Assembly (NCBI RefSeq): GCF_009914755.1
Contig: NC_060926.1
Source of the DNA: the human T2T-CHM13v2.0 reference genome, Homo sapiens
Length of the DNA: 64,000 nucleotides
Direction: 5' to 3' (one strand)
Positions 36,586 through 51,532 of the stretch are shown here, one piece after another. The position numbers and the translations under genes are program-made. Every line of letters starts with the position of its first letter. Within the stretch, counting starts at the first letter, position 1. The notes under the pieces are model-generated. The model was given only the letters and a program-made list of their open reading frames with translations. It did not search any database and was not told the origin of the DNA.

Positions 36586-37335
36586 TCAGTAACAACTGCC
36601 GAGGATGGCTTCATCCCACAGGTCCCTCTCCTCTGGGCCTTCCCTGCCTGACCCCTTCTTCTCTCTCCCAGACCTTCTCGCCTCTTTTGCGGCATCCCCA
36701 CCCTGGTGATTCTTCTTGCTGCGTCTGGGCCTCTCTGCACTGCCTGGCGCCCCCTCGGCCTTCCTCCTGCCCCTGTTCCCTTTGTGTGAGTCTCCCTTCG
36801 CGCGGTGCTTCCTCTTGGGCTCTGCTTGCTCCTCCCCGGCCGCTCTTCGTCCTCCCACCTCCCCGTGCCTCCTCCTCAGGCCTCGGTCCCCACGGTCCGC
36901 CTGCTGGGCGCTGCCGCGGGGCTCCCAGAAGAGGCAACAGGAACCTTCCCTGCCGTGCGCCCCGCGGACGCCTGTGTTCTCTCCCTGCCCAGATGGGCTT
37001 GGAAGCCACCGGTGTTTGAAGAAATGGTCCTGATTATTTTGACTGTGGTTTACAGATTCCAGTCTTCGTGGCGCATAAGGAATTTTAGGCCAGGGAGGTA
37101 CCCGGCTTTCCACGGTCCTCAGTCTTTCCAAGGAAGCGGGGAACACGTGGGGCCTCCAGAAGGGGAGTCCCTGCTGCTCCGGCCCCCGAGGCTCAGTGGG
37201 GCCCCTTTCTTGGCACGCGGAGTCCTCCGTCACCTTTGTAAAGCAAAGGGTTGGTTGCAATCCTCTGGCTTTCTGCTTTCTAATATAATCCTCCAGTTCA
37301 TGTTGAAAAGAGTCAGAAGTCTTAGAATTTTCCAT
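36586..37335 (-). CDS. KRCC1/ZMAT1-family paralog, intact 249-aa ORF (coding status unproven)
   Basis: Aligns by eye to KRCC1 in this window: DSFQHELEDYIRKQKARGLQPTLCFTK vs [27 protein letters not shown]; TVESRVPPW..RLESVNHSQ vs [18 protein letters not shown]; EERDLWDEAILG vs [12 protein letters not shown]. No stop or frameshift. Strong Kozak ataATGG. Acceptor ttccccccattttccctaacag ends at 37356, 20 nt before the ATG. Confidence 0.7.
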   Translation of the reverse strand: MENSKTSDSFQHELEDYIRKQKARGLQPTLCFTKVTEDSACQERGPTEPRGPEQQGLPFWRPHVFPASLERLRTVESRVPPWPKIPYAPRRLESVNHSQNNQDHFFKHRWLPSPSGQGENTGVRGAHGREGSCCLFWEPRGSAQQADRGDRGLRRRHGEVGGRRAAGEEQAEPKRKHRAKGDSHKGNRGRRKAEGAPGSAERPRRSKKNHQGGDAAKEARRSGREKKGSGREGPEERDLWDEAILGSCY

Positions 37336-38510
37336 TATATTGATTACGGATGAATCTGTTAGGGAAAATGGGGGGAAGCTTTCTGTTAAATGTATTATTT
37401 TGCTATGATTTTTTTTGTGTGTCCTAAAAAAAAGATCAGACTCCAATTTCTAGGGGAGGTTATGTTATGTAATATACTGTAAGTACTACATAGTCACTGA
37501 TGTTGAAAATATTTTTGACATAGACTGAGAATCATGAAATATAATGGACTAAGAAAATGAGCCTTAAAACACTGTGTACATTTGAGGATCTATATAAAAT
37601 AAATAAATATAACACATATAGATAGGCATATGATTTATCAGTGGTTACCCCAGGTGTAGGGGGAATTTAGATAATTTTAGTCTTACTTAATTGTTCTGGA
37701 TTTTTGCCAAAAATACTATCACTTGTGTGATAAAAAAAGAAAATTAAGTTGTTTCAAGAAAATAGACAAGCAACTAAATTAATCTAAAATCATTCATAAA
37801 TTCTACAAAAACAGAACAAGCTAGTCCTGTGCTTATTATATGCCAAGAAAGAAATAATAGAGAGATAATTAAACATATTTCCAGGTCACTCACATTCCAT
37901 CTATTTTAAATCTAATAGCTGAGGTGAAAAAACAGAGGAAGATGCTATTTATTGTGTTAAACTCCCAAACTATGATTATTCTTTCTTTCTTTTTTTTTAA
38001 CAAATGAAGAAACTGAGTCACAGAGAATTTGGGTTGCTTACTTAAGGTCACGCACAGCCAAAAAGTACAGGCAGGATTTAAACCCAGGGAGAGAGGGTTC
38101 AGAGCCTGCTTGCTCAGTCATACTCTGTAGCTCAGAATGCTTTTCATCTCTGAGATTGGTATCAACCTTATAGGTGTTGTGGGGACTAAGACAGTGACTA
38201 CAACTGAAGCACTAGAGATGCAGCAAGTGGCCAGTGACTTGTAGCTATTAATGTTCTCATTAAGATGCAGGAATGAGGACAAGTAGCATTAAATATTTTA
38301 CTAGCAGTCTTATTCTGAGAACTCGCCTCCATTTTAGTTTACTAATTTCTTTTTTCTTTCTTTTTTTTTTTTTTTGAGTCAGGGTCACTCAGGCTGGAGT
38401 GCAATGGCATGATCACGGCTCACTGAAGCCTCGAACTCCTGGGAGACACCCACTACTCGACACCTCACAGCCAGCACCATCAGCAGATCCTGCCAACTGC
38501 TCTATTTTCA

Positions 38511-38955
<445 letters not shown>

Positions 38956-39019
38956 TCAATGAGCCTATTTCCAAACCAGCTGCCAGGATAACCATTTTAA
39001 TGTGATGTCATCCTGGCTA

Positions 39020-39241
<222 letters not shown>

Positions 39242-41754
39242 TCAGAAGGCTAAGGCAGGAGAATCGCTTGAACCCAGGAGGTGGAGGCGACAGAGCGAGA
39301 CTCTGTCCCAAAACAAACAACAAAAAAAGCATTAGAGAGCTCCTCCATCCCTCCCTCAGAAGGAAGCCCAGATTCCCACGGTGCCTACAAGGCCTGACAC
39401 TGTGGGTCACTCCCTGTCCTGAGGCCTCCAGTTTCTCTCTGACTACCATCCTCTTGCTCCTCCTGTCCAGCCACACTCGTCTCCCAGCTGGAAGGCAGCA
39501 GAGAAGCACACCCTGGCCTCAGGTCCTCCCCGTCCCTAACCCTGCAAAGCTCTTTACCTCTGCACCCACACTGGAAGCCCCCTTGCCTCCCTGGTCTTAG
39601 CTGGAAATGTCACCTTCTCAGAGTTTTGACGACCCTCCCCATGGGACACCCTCTGCCCCTTCCCTGCTTGATTTTCCTCCAGGACATCACCATTCCCTAA
39701 TAGAGTGCTTTATGATACTGAGATATCTCGAGGGTTTTGAGACAGGGTCTTGCGCTGTTGCTCAGGCCGGAGTGCAGTGGCACAATCACAGCTCACTGCA
39801 GCCTTGACCTCCTGGGCTAAAGTAATCGATTACTCAATTACTCCCACCTCAGCCACCTGAGTATCTGGGACCACAGGCGCACGTGACCACGCCCGGTTCA
39901 TTTTTTGTATTTTTAGTAGAGATGGGGTTTTGCCATGTTGCCCAGGCTGGTCTGCATCTGCTGGACTCAAGCAATCCAACCATTTTGGCTTCCCAAAGTG
40001 CTGGGATTACAGGCGTGAGCCACTGCGCCCAGCAGAGCTGTTAAGATGCTGGTTCTCTTGGCTGGGTGTGGTGGCTCACGCCTGAAATCCCAGCACTCTG
40101 GGAGGCCGAGGTGGGAGGATCACTGAAGGTCGGCATTTAAGACCAGCCTGGCCAACATGGTGAAACCTCATCTCTACTAAAAATACAAAAATTAGCTGGG
40201 CATGGTAGTACGCCTGTAGTCCCAGCTACTTGGGAGGCTCAGGCAGGAGAATCACTTGAACCTGGGAGGCGGAGGTTGCAGTGACCCAAAATGGCGACAC
40301 TGCACTCCAGCCTGGGCAACAGAGGGAGACTCCGCCTCATGGGTAGAGATTCCTTGACTGCTGTTTCCTCAACATGTCAAATTGTGCTTGACGTAGATGC
40401 TTAATAAATACTTGCCGAATGAATACATGAGTGAAGAAAGGCCCTGACCTCTCCCAACATGTTTAGTTCCACTAAGAACCCCAGATCTAAGGAGTCCTAC
40501 CCACTTCAGCTGTGCGTCCCACACAGCCTCCTCTCATTTGCCCCTCAGCCGTCTTCCATAACAACTAGTCATCCAAACGCCGCCAAACGTCTGGTTCACC
40601 TCTTACCTGGAATCACTGCCATGCATTAGTTTACTGAGAGAAATTTCCACAAAACAGATGGAACCCTCACACCCTTTAGACTACAGTCGTCGGGGCCCCA
40701 CAGAGTGCAGAGGCCCACCTGGTTAGATAGAACTCAGAAGCAAATTAGGAGCCCTAGCACGGCGCGGGGAGCTTTACTCTGAGCTCCAGGAGAATTCCAG
40801 CTTCCTCGCTGCTTACCAGTCCCAGGAAGCAGGAAGCCACACCCCCTCCTTCGCCCCCGCCTCTTTGGTTTTAGGCCTTCTCTTCCCACAGCTCCATTCT
40901 CAGGAGAAACAAATTCAATTACAGACACTAAAGTGATTTAGGAACGCCCAAGTTTATCGCCTTGGAACGCAATCAGCCTATAACCTAATCAGTATTATTA
41001 AATCCTGTCTGAAGAGTTTATCTTGAAAAAAATTTAATAAAACACTAATTCTTAATTTGTGAAATATAGCATACATGCAGAAGTGTGCACGAAACGAAAA
41101 TCTACAGCACAATGGTTTATCACTAAGACAAAGTCCATCCAACCACCATTCAGGTCAGCAAACAGAACCGAGCCACATGCCAGATGTGTCTCCTTTCCCT
41201 CCTAACCTTAACTGTCCCTTTGTCCCCCACTAGCCTGTGTTTTGGGGGGAAATCTCATCGTTGCTTTTCTGGATAGTTTATTACTTACATGCAAGACTCG
41301 AAATACTATAGTTTTGCCTGTTTTTTGGAATGTACTTTATGTAAATGGAATTGTACACTGCACTTTTTTGTACAGTGTATTTCTGAATTTTACCACGTTC
41401 ATTTTCACAGCTGTATGGTATTCTATTCTTGAAAAAAAGTATATATATTTCATATATTCACACATATATGTGTGTGCATTATGTATATATGTGTGTGTAT
41501 ATAGATAGAGGGATATTAACAGATTATTGATCTGTTCAAGGGCATTGTGACTGTCCCAAGTCCAGGCCATTTTAAACAACACTGTCATGAATATTCTTGT
41601 ATATACTTCCTGATATACATAAACTTGCATTACTACAGAGTGTTTACCTAGAAGTGGGATTTCTGTGCTACACAACATGGTGTATTCAGCTTTATCAGAC
41701 ATAGTAATACCAAAGGTTTTTCAAAAGAGTTTAATACCAATTTTTTTTTTTTGA

Positions 41755-41862
<108 letters not shown>

Positions 41863-41865
41863 TAG

Positions 41866-42195
<330 letters not shown>

Positions 42196-42757
42196 TGAGC
42201 CACCGCGCCCACCCAGTTAATATCAATTTACATCCTTCCCCCAGCAGTGTTTGGGGGCTTCACATTCTTTCCAACACTTGTAATTGTCAAACCTTGAATT
42301 CCATATCTAATTGTGATTTTAATCAACATTTCCTGTTTACAATGGTACTGAGTACCTTCTTTATGTCTATTGGCCAGTGTTTTTCTCTTTTGTGCCACGG
42401 GGGTCCAGGTCTCTAGAACATTCTTGTGTTGGGTCGTTTGCATTTTTTGCTTATCTGTCTTCTAAGAATGAGCCCTCTGCTGGCTCTGTGTGTTGTGGAG
42501 ATCTCCCACTGTTTGCCTTGTATTTTCATTCCCTGGGTGGTGGTATCTTTTGATGGACACTTAATGTTGTCCAACATAGGAATCAAACTTAACAGGCATA
42601 GTGCTTTTTTTTTGTTTTGTTTTTTTTGAGATGGAGTCTCCCTCTGTCACCCAGGCTGGAGTGCAGTGGCTCTATCTCGGCTCACTGCAACCTCTGCCTC
42701 CCGAGAGGGATAGTGCTTTTTAATGTCATGTTTAAGATATATTTTCCTAATCCTAGA

Positions 42758-42945
42758 CCAGGGTTTCTCCACCTGGCACTGATGACATTTTGGGTCAGAT
42801 GATTCTTTGTTGAGAGGGGCTGTCCTGTGCATTATAGGATGTTTAGCAGCATCCGTGGCCTCTACCCACTAGATAACAGTAGCAACTCCCTTCCAACCTA
42901 GTTGTGACAACCAAAAATGTCATCAGACATTGCCAGAAGTCCCCA
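42758..42945. mobile_element. MER20 hAT DNA element
   Basis: CAGGGTTTCTCCACCTGGCACTGATGACATTTTGGG...GTGACAACCAAAAATGTC. Confidence 0.75.
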
Positions 42946-43104
42946 TGTTTCAGAAACATTGCCATAGATCATAAACATATTCTCATATGACGCCTTATAA
43001 AAGCTTCATAGTGGGCCAGTGCGGTGGCTCACGCCTGTAATCCCAGCACTTTGGGAGGCCGAGGTGGGCGGATCACTTGAGATCAGGAATTCAAGATCAG
43101 CCTA

Positions 43105-44598
<1,494 letters not shown>

Positions 44599-44662
44599 AT
44601 ACCATACTTTTCCAACACCATTTACTGAAGTTTGTCTCCCTCACTGCTCTGAAGTTCTTTGT

Positions 44663-44791
44663 TATTTTATTTTATTTTATTTTTTTCTTATGTTGGACTG
44701 GTAACAGGCAGACCTTACCAGGTTTGAGAAAGGCTCATCCCACACATGAGTGTGAAAATCCAATCATCATGCTTATGAACTGCAAACAGAT
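44663..44791 (-). pseudogene. U13 snoRNA (SNORD13) retrocopy
   Basis: Minus strand ATCTGTTTGCAGTTCATAAGCATGATGATTGGATTTTCACACTCATGTGTG..TTACCAGTCCAACA plus an A-rich tail. TSD ctttgttatt at 44657-44666 and 44796-44805. Confidence 0.85.
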
Positions 44792-45797
44792 CTGCCTTTG
44801 TTATTCAACAAATGTCCATTTGTTCATAGTTCTGCATCTGGTTTCTGTATTCTGTCATATCTTTGCACCAGTACTCCTCTGTCTTCATTACTGTAGCTTC
44901 ATGAGAAGTCTTTATATTTGCTAGAGCAAGTCATCTCCCTATTCCTGTCTTTCCGTATTCAAGTATGTGTTGATTTCTCTTGGCATTTTGTTTATATATA
45001 AACTTTAAATCTGGCTCATCAATTTCTGTAAACACTTGCAGTTTTGCTTGGGGCTACACCGAATCTGTAGGTTAATTTGAGGAGAACTGACATCTTTCCA
45101 GCGTTACAACTTTCAGTATATGAATATGGCTTACGGCTCCATTTATATAAGCATTCTTTATTCTTTTGTGTTCCCAGAAGATGGACTTTGTCCACCAAAC
45201 TTCTCCTAGAATCCTGAAAGGCCACACGTTTTAAGCCCTAGGCCCAATGTCACATATAATGCCTGTGCAATTTGTGGGTTTGCTTATTTATGTCAGATGT
45301 AATTTCGCTTTTAAATGTTTTATTTATTTTTTTGAGAAAGGGTCTCACTCTCACCCAGGCTGGAGTGCAGTAGCGCGATCACGGCTCTCTGAAGCCTTGA
45401 CTTCCCGGGCTCCACTGATCCTTCCACCTTAGCCTCCTCAGTAGCTAGGACCACAGGTGTGTGCCACAGGCATGCACACATGCACAGGTGTGTGCAGTAG
45501 AGACAGATTTTCACCATGTTGCCCAGGCTGGTCTCAGAACTCCTGAGCTCAAGTGATCCTCCTGCCTTGGCTTCCCAAAGTACTGGGATTACAGGTATGA
45601 GCCACAGCACCCAGCTAGGTGTGATTTCAAGTACTGAAGAAGCTTACAAAGATAAGGACTTTATTAAAAGAATATTTGCAGGATGGGTGTAGTGGCTCAC
45701 TCCTGTAATCCCAGCACTTTGGGAAGCCCAAGGTGGGCAGATCACCTGAGGTCAGGAGTTCGAGACCAGCCTGGAAACATGGCGAAACCCCATCTCA

Positions 45798-46049
<252 letters not shown>

Positions 46050-46052
46050 TCA

Positions 46053-46478
<426 letters not shown>

Positions 46479-46904
46479 TTATTGTGGGCTCCCTAATGTT
46501 GCGCTCTGATTATTTGATTCAAGTAACATATATGGGCATGGTACTGGCACATTTCATCTTCAAATAACCCTTGCTGAGGCAAATGGGTTTTTTTTTTTTA
46601 GTTCCATTTTAAGATGAAAAGTAAAGTTTAAAGAGGTTAAGTGACCTGCCCTTAGCCACCTATAGAAAATAGCATGTTCAAACCCATCTTCTGATTCCAA
46701 GGCCAATGCCTGCCCTCCTTCCATTCTACCTCCCCACAGTGTGTGGGATTTCTGCTCTTGCTGTTTTATAAGCTCTAGAGACTTGGAAGATATCTAATGT
46801 ACAGAAGGCAGATGCTAGTTATTATCAGACAAGCTGAAGTGAAAGCAGGAAAGGGCTCACTTCTTTTCTTTCTTTCTTTCTTTTCTTTTCTTTTCTTTTT
46901 TTGA

Positions 46905-47074
<170 letters not shown>

Positions 47075-47077
47075 TGA

Positions 47078-47173
<96 letters not shown>

Positions 47174-48181
47174 TGAGCTGGGCCAGGAGTCACTTAATGA
47201 TGGCATTGCCAAGGGCTGTAGATGCTGAAATTTATCAAAAAGGGATATTCTTGTTGCTGTGATGGACAAGGGCTGCCCCACCCAGACTCCTTAAGGCTCT
47301 TCCAGCCCTGAAATAAACCTTGGTGTGGAGCATTTATATGCTAAACAGATCACTTTCTTGCTTACTTTATCCATTATTTCCATGGCTCTCTCTTGTCCCT
47401 AAGCTGCTCCTATGTCTACGGTTTCACCCTGGAGGGCCAAAAGTTCCAATAACCAAGTAAAGCCCATGCTTGCTTAGCCCACAAAGGGGAACAAGTACTG
47501 CATACTTCCCATTTCAACATCTCTTTTGGGGGTACCAGGGTATAAAACTCCCTTGTCCTGCTTTTATTTTTTATTTATTTATTTTTGAGAAAAGGTCTGC
47601 TTCTGTCACCCAGGCTGGAGTTCAGTGGAGCTATAATGGCTCACTGCAGCTTCAACCTCCCTAGGCTCAAGTGATCCTTCTACCTCAGCCTCCCAAGTAG
47701 CTGGGACTACAGGCGTACACCACCATATCCGGCTAAGTTTTTGTATTTCTTTCTAGAGACAGGGTTTTGCCATGTTGTCCAGGCTGGTTTCGAACTCCTG
47801 GGCTCAAGTGCTCTGTCCACCTCAGCCTCCCAAAATGCTAGGATTACAGGCTTGAGCCACCATGCCTGTCCTGTCCTGGTTTATAACAGATGAGGTGAGG
47901 CTGCTATGCAACTTTTATTTTGAAAAAGAACTATGCAGTTAGATTTCCCTGACCTTTCCTCAATGAGCAACTCATTTCCCCATCTTCCTTTAATCTTGTC
48001 ATAACGTACCCAAGGATGATATAAACCCACCTCCACCAACAGTAGAAGAAAGACTCAAAAACACCACACCTTTACCAATCAATGGCTGTGTCCTCAAGCC
48101 CTTAGGAGTAAATAAGTTTTGCAAATGAAATTTTATTTTACCTATAGAAAGACTAAAGATTTGTAATCAAAAATGCAATTT

Positions 48182-48310
48182 ATTGCTTCTACCCAAGATC
48201 AAGGGTAGTATCTGTGCTTATTATGTAATATCTGACACATCCACTTCCTGAGAACAAAATAATAAGTGGGTTTTAGGAGCAGAAGAACAGTGCTCCAGGT
48301 AACTGATGAC
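48182..48310 (+). pseudogene. Second, decayed U2 snRNA copy with internal deletions
   Basis: ATTGCTTCT..AAGATCAAGGGTAGTATCTGTGCTTAT..TAATATCTGACACATCC..GAGAACAA..TGGGTTTTAGGAGCAG..CAGTGCTCCAGG follows U2 order, with part of stem I and most of stem III missing. Confidence 0.75.
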
Positions 48311-48539
48311 TCCAGTATGGCTCTATCCCTCATGCCCTCCGTTTTAATATGAAACCTGCCTTTTTCCCTTTTATTTATTTATTTATTTTTTACTTTTATT
48401 TTTTGAGGCGGAGTCTCCCTTTGTCACCCTGGCTGGAGTGCAGTGGTGGATCTCTGCTCACTGCACCCTCTGCCTCCAGGGCTTAAGTGTTTCTCCTGCC
48501 TCAGCCTCCGGTGTAACTGGGATTACAGGCCGGGTGTAA

Positions 48540-49082
<543 letters not shown>

Positions 49083-49918
49083 TAATTTCTGTATTTTTAG
49101 TAGAGACAGGGTTTCACCATGTTGGCCAGGCTAGTCTCAAACGCCTGACCTCAGGCGATCTGCCCGACTCGGCCTCCCAAAGTGCTGGGATTACAGGCGT
49201 GAGCCACCACGCCCGGCCTCCTTTTTATCTTTGTTATTTTTTGAGACAGGGTCTTGCTTTGTCATCCAGGCTGGAGTGCAGTGGCACAATCATGGCTCCT
49301 TGACCTCCTGGATTCATGCGATCCTCCCACTTCAGCTTCTTGGGTAGCTGGGACTACAGGCATGAGCCACCATGCCTAGCTAATTAAAAACATTTTTTTT
49401 TTGGTAGAGTGCCAGGTGCAGTGGCTCATACCTGTAATCCCAGCACTTTGGGGTTGGGGGTGAGGATCGCTTGATCCCAAAGCCCAAATCCCAGGAGTCT
49501 GAGACTAGTCTGGGTAACGCGGGGGAAACACCCCTCTCTACCAAACAAAAACAAAAACCATATATACATATGAAAACAAAAAAATACACACTAGCCCGTT
49601 GTTATGGCACGTGTCTGCTGAGAGGCTGATGTGGATGTTCGAACCCAGGAGTCCAAAGATGCAGTGAGTAAGCCAGGATCGCACTATCTCAAAAGACTGA
49701 GTCTCGCCATATTTGCTCAGGCTGATCTTGAACTCGTGGGCTCAAGCCATTTTCTTTCAAAAAGAGCTGGGATTGCGTGTGTCAGCCACCTCGTTTTGGA
49801 AAATTTAATCAAAGTTGTAGACCCCTGTTTCTTAAACTGCTAGCATACCTGTTTTTTCTTTTTTAGCCATATTGCTGTGAAGTTGGAAACAACCTTCTGA
49901 TGTTTCCAAAATTACAAA

Positions 49919-49932
49919 CCTGTTTTTGTCAC
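49919..49932 (-). terminator. snRNA 3'-box-like element GTGACAAAAACAGG
   Basis: Resembles GTTT-N-AAAAACAGA-type 3' boxes and lies just past the end of U2 homology. Confidence 0.45.
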
Positions 49933-49938
49933 TAATGG

Positions 49939-50093
49939 CGATGCGTAGACTAGATAGAGTAAACTCTTACTCCAACTCCCAGTTCCAAAACTGCGTTTAA
50001 TATAGCGTTCATCAAACAGGAGAACATACCAGATATTAAACTGATAAGAACACACACTACACTCAATCATTAACCAAACAGCAAAAAAGAGAT
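49939..50093 (-). ncRNA. RNU2-63P: Diverged U2 snRNA variant or pseudogene with its own snRNA promoter
   Basis: Minus strand ATCTCTTTTTTGCTGTTTGGTTAATGATTGAGTGTAGTGTGTGTTCTTATCAGTTTAATATCTGGTA...ACGCATCG aligns to U2 nt 1 to about 152. No poly(A) tail or TSD seen. The symbol is from recall of the KRCC1 neighbourhood and is tentative. Confidence 0.85.
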
Positions 50094-50134
50094 ACCAGTT
50101 ACACGGGGCCTCCCACGTCCTCCCTTCTTTCATC

Positions 50135-50153
50135 CACCTTAAGGTCACGGTGA
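50135..50153 (-). promoter_or_regulatory. snRNA proximal sequence element (PSE) TCACCGTGACCTTAAGGTG
   Basis: Starts exactly 60 nt upstream of the U2-like +1 (50093). Same spacing and similar sequence to the human U2 PSE (TCACCGCGACTTGAATGTG), including the GATGA that follows. Confidence 0.85.
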
Positions 50154-50269
50154 GAAACCTCACCTTCGGTAAACATCTCACCTGCTTTCTGATGTAAATA
50201 TTATATTGAAAACATAGGCCCTTTGAGACATTTTGTCCGCTCCTTGACTCTTAGTGACTCGAGCTTTGT

Positions 50270-51010
50270 CGCCCCTTTTCCTTGGTCGCGAGGGCCGTTC
50301 ATTTGCATGTCCCACCCGCTCTGCGCCCGGGAGGCGTGGCCACCAAGGGACCGGGCCCTGCACAGCGCCCTGGGGAAGCTGGTTTGAAAGCTCTGGAGCG
50401 ACCCCAATGCCGGGTAAAGGACAAGATTTGCCCAGACGGAAGGGAATTTGGGGTGAAGTGGCCGTAAAAGTGTGGGACGAAACTGTTTCGGGCAGAGCGG
50501 TGGGAACTCACCTGAGGAAAGCATGGGGGAGGAGTCACTAATAAGAATGAGTGGCAGGGACAGGGCGGCCTTGCAACGCCCTCGGTGTTGGAAGGGAAGA
50601 CCGTACAGCGCGATGGGGACCAGGGCGGCGGGCCGCAGCCAGGGTGTGGGTGGGCGACGGTCAAGGTGCCTTGAAGCGGATTCTGTCCTCGGGAGCTGCG
50701 GTTCTTCCTCCTCCGCCCTCACCGGCGGGCGACCTTAGGCAGGGCGTGAAATGCAACGGGAGCCCTGGAGGGAGGGTGAAGCCGCGCGTGCAGGAGGAAC
50801 CTCCTTTTGGCGAGTTCAGGCCCCGCAGCTGCGGAGGTAGGGGACCCTGTGTGGCAGCCTGCTGAGAGGCTGCGTGCTCCGCGCGGTTGGAGGGGGGAAC
50901 CTCCAGCCCACCTCCTCTTTTTCAGCCGAGAAACCGCTAGTTACCCCCTTTCTTATGCGACCAAGATTGTAATAACCCTGTCACCTTTCACGGCCCTCCG
51001 GGTCTGCGCC
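50270..51010. promoter_or_regulatory. CpG island / GC-rich promoter region
   Basis: Dense CpG and high GC in non-repeat sequence. Strong minus-strand splice donors after 50512 (cag|gtgagt) and 50182 (cag|gtgaga). Confidence 0.75.
50301..50319 (-). promoter_or_regulatory. snRNA distal sequence element: Sp1-type GT box plus octamer ATGCAAAT
   Basis: Minus strand GCGGGTGGGACATGCAAAT, with the octamer at -215 to -208 from the U2-like start. Confidence 0.8.
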
Positions 51011-51532
51011 CATCCTCCTCTGAGGATTCGCTCATCCACCCCGAGGCCTGTTTTCCTCACTTGTTGTCCCTCTGGCAGACCCTAGGCCCCTTGGAGTCCA
51101 GCCACCATCTATCTGCCCGCTGTTTCCACCCACCACACTCCCTCCCCAGTTCTATCCCAGCTCTTTAAACGGTTGGAGTTCAAACCTCAGACCATGACAG
51201 CACACGGGCCTGGACTCCGGTATGGCCCTGGACAAGTTCCTTAATCTCTCTGAGCCTCAGCTTTGTTCCGTGTGAAGCAGCGGTAACATTGTTATTAGAA
51301 GCCTCCCGGCCCCAGCACACCGACGTACATATAAGTGGATATCCATCCTGCCTGTGAGGGGTCGTCTTTTCTTTGGGTTGTTTGTTGTCCACAGAGGTCC
51401 ATACTTTATGTTCCTGGAGGCACCAGCGGAGTCACTGATGCACCCCTGCATCCAGCATGTTTAAGGAAGACAGTCTGGGGAGGGCAGGGAAGAGCCTAGA
51501 GGGTCCCCTAATGATTAGGGCTGTGATGGGGA

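Noticed and set aside
36687-37353. Plus-strand ORFs of 105-182 aa overlapping the paralog
   Set aside because: Antisense shadows of a GC-rich frame with no recognisable homology.
37336-37446. N-terminal 37 aa of the 286-aa paralog ORF call
   Set aside because: It starts at a non-ATG codon and crosses the polypyrimidine tract and acceptor at 37356, so it is mostly intronic.
48119-48126. TTGCAAAT octamer-like motif before the decayed U2 copy
   Set aside because: Imperfect and at about -60 rather than -220, and no PSE is visible.
50178-51085. Several ORFs of 60-173 aa in the CpG island
   Set aside because: Stop-poor GC-rich DNA with ORFs in many frames and no domain signature.
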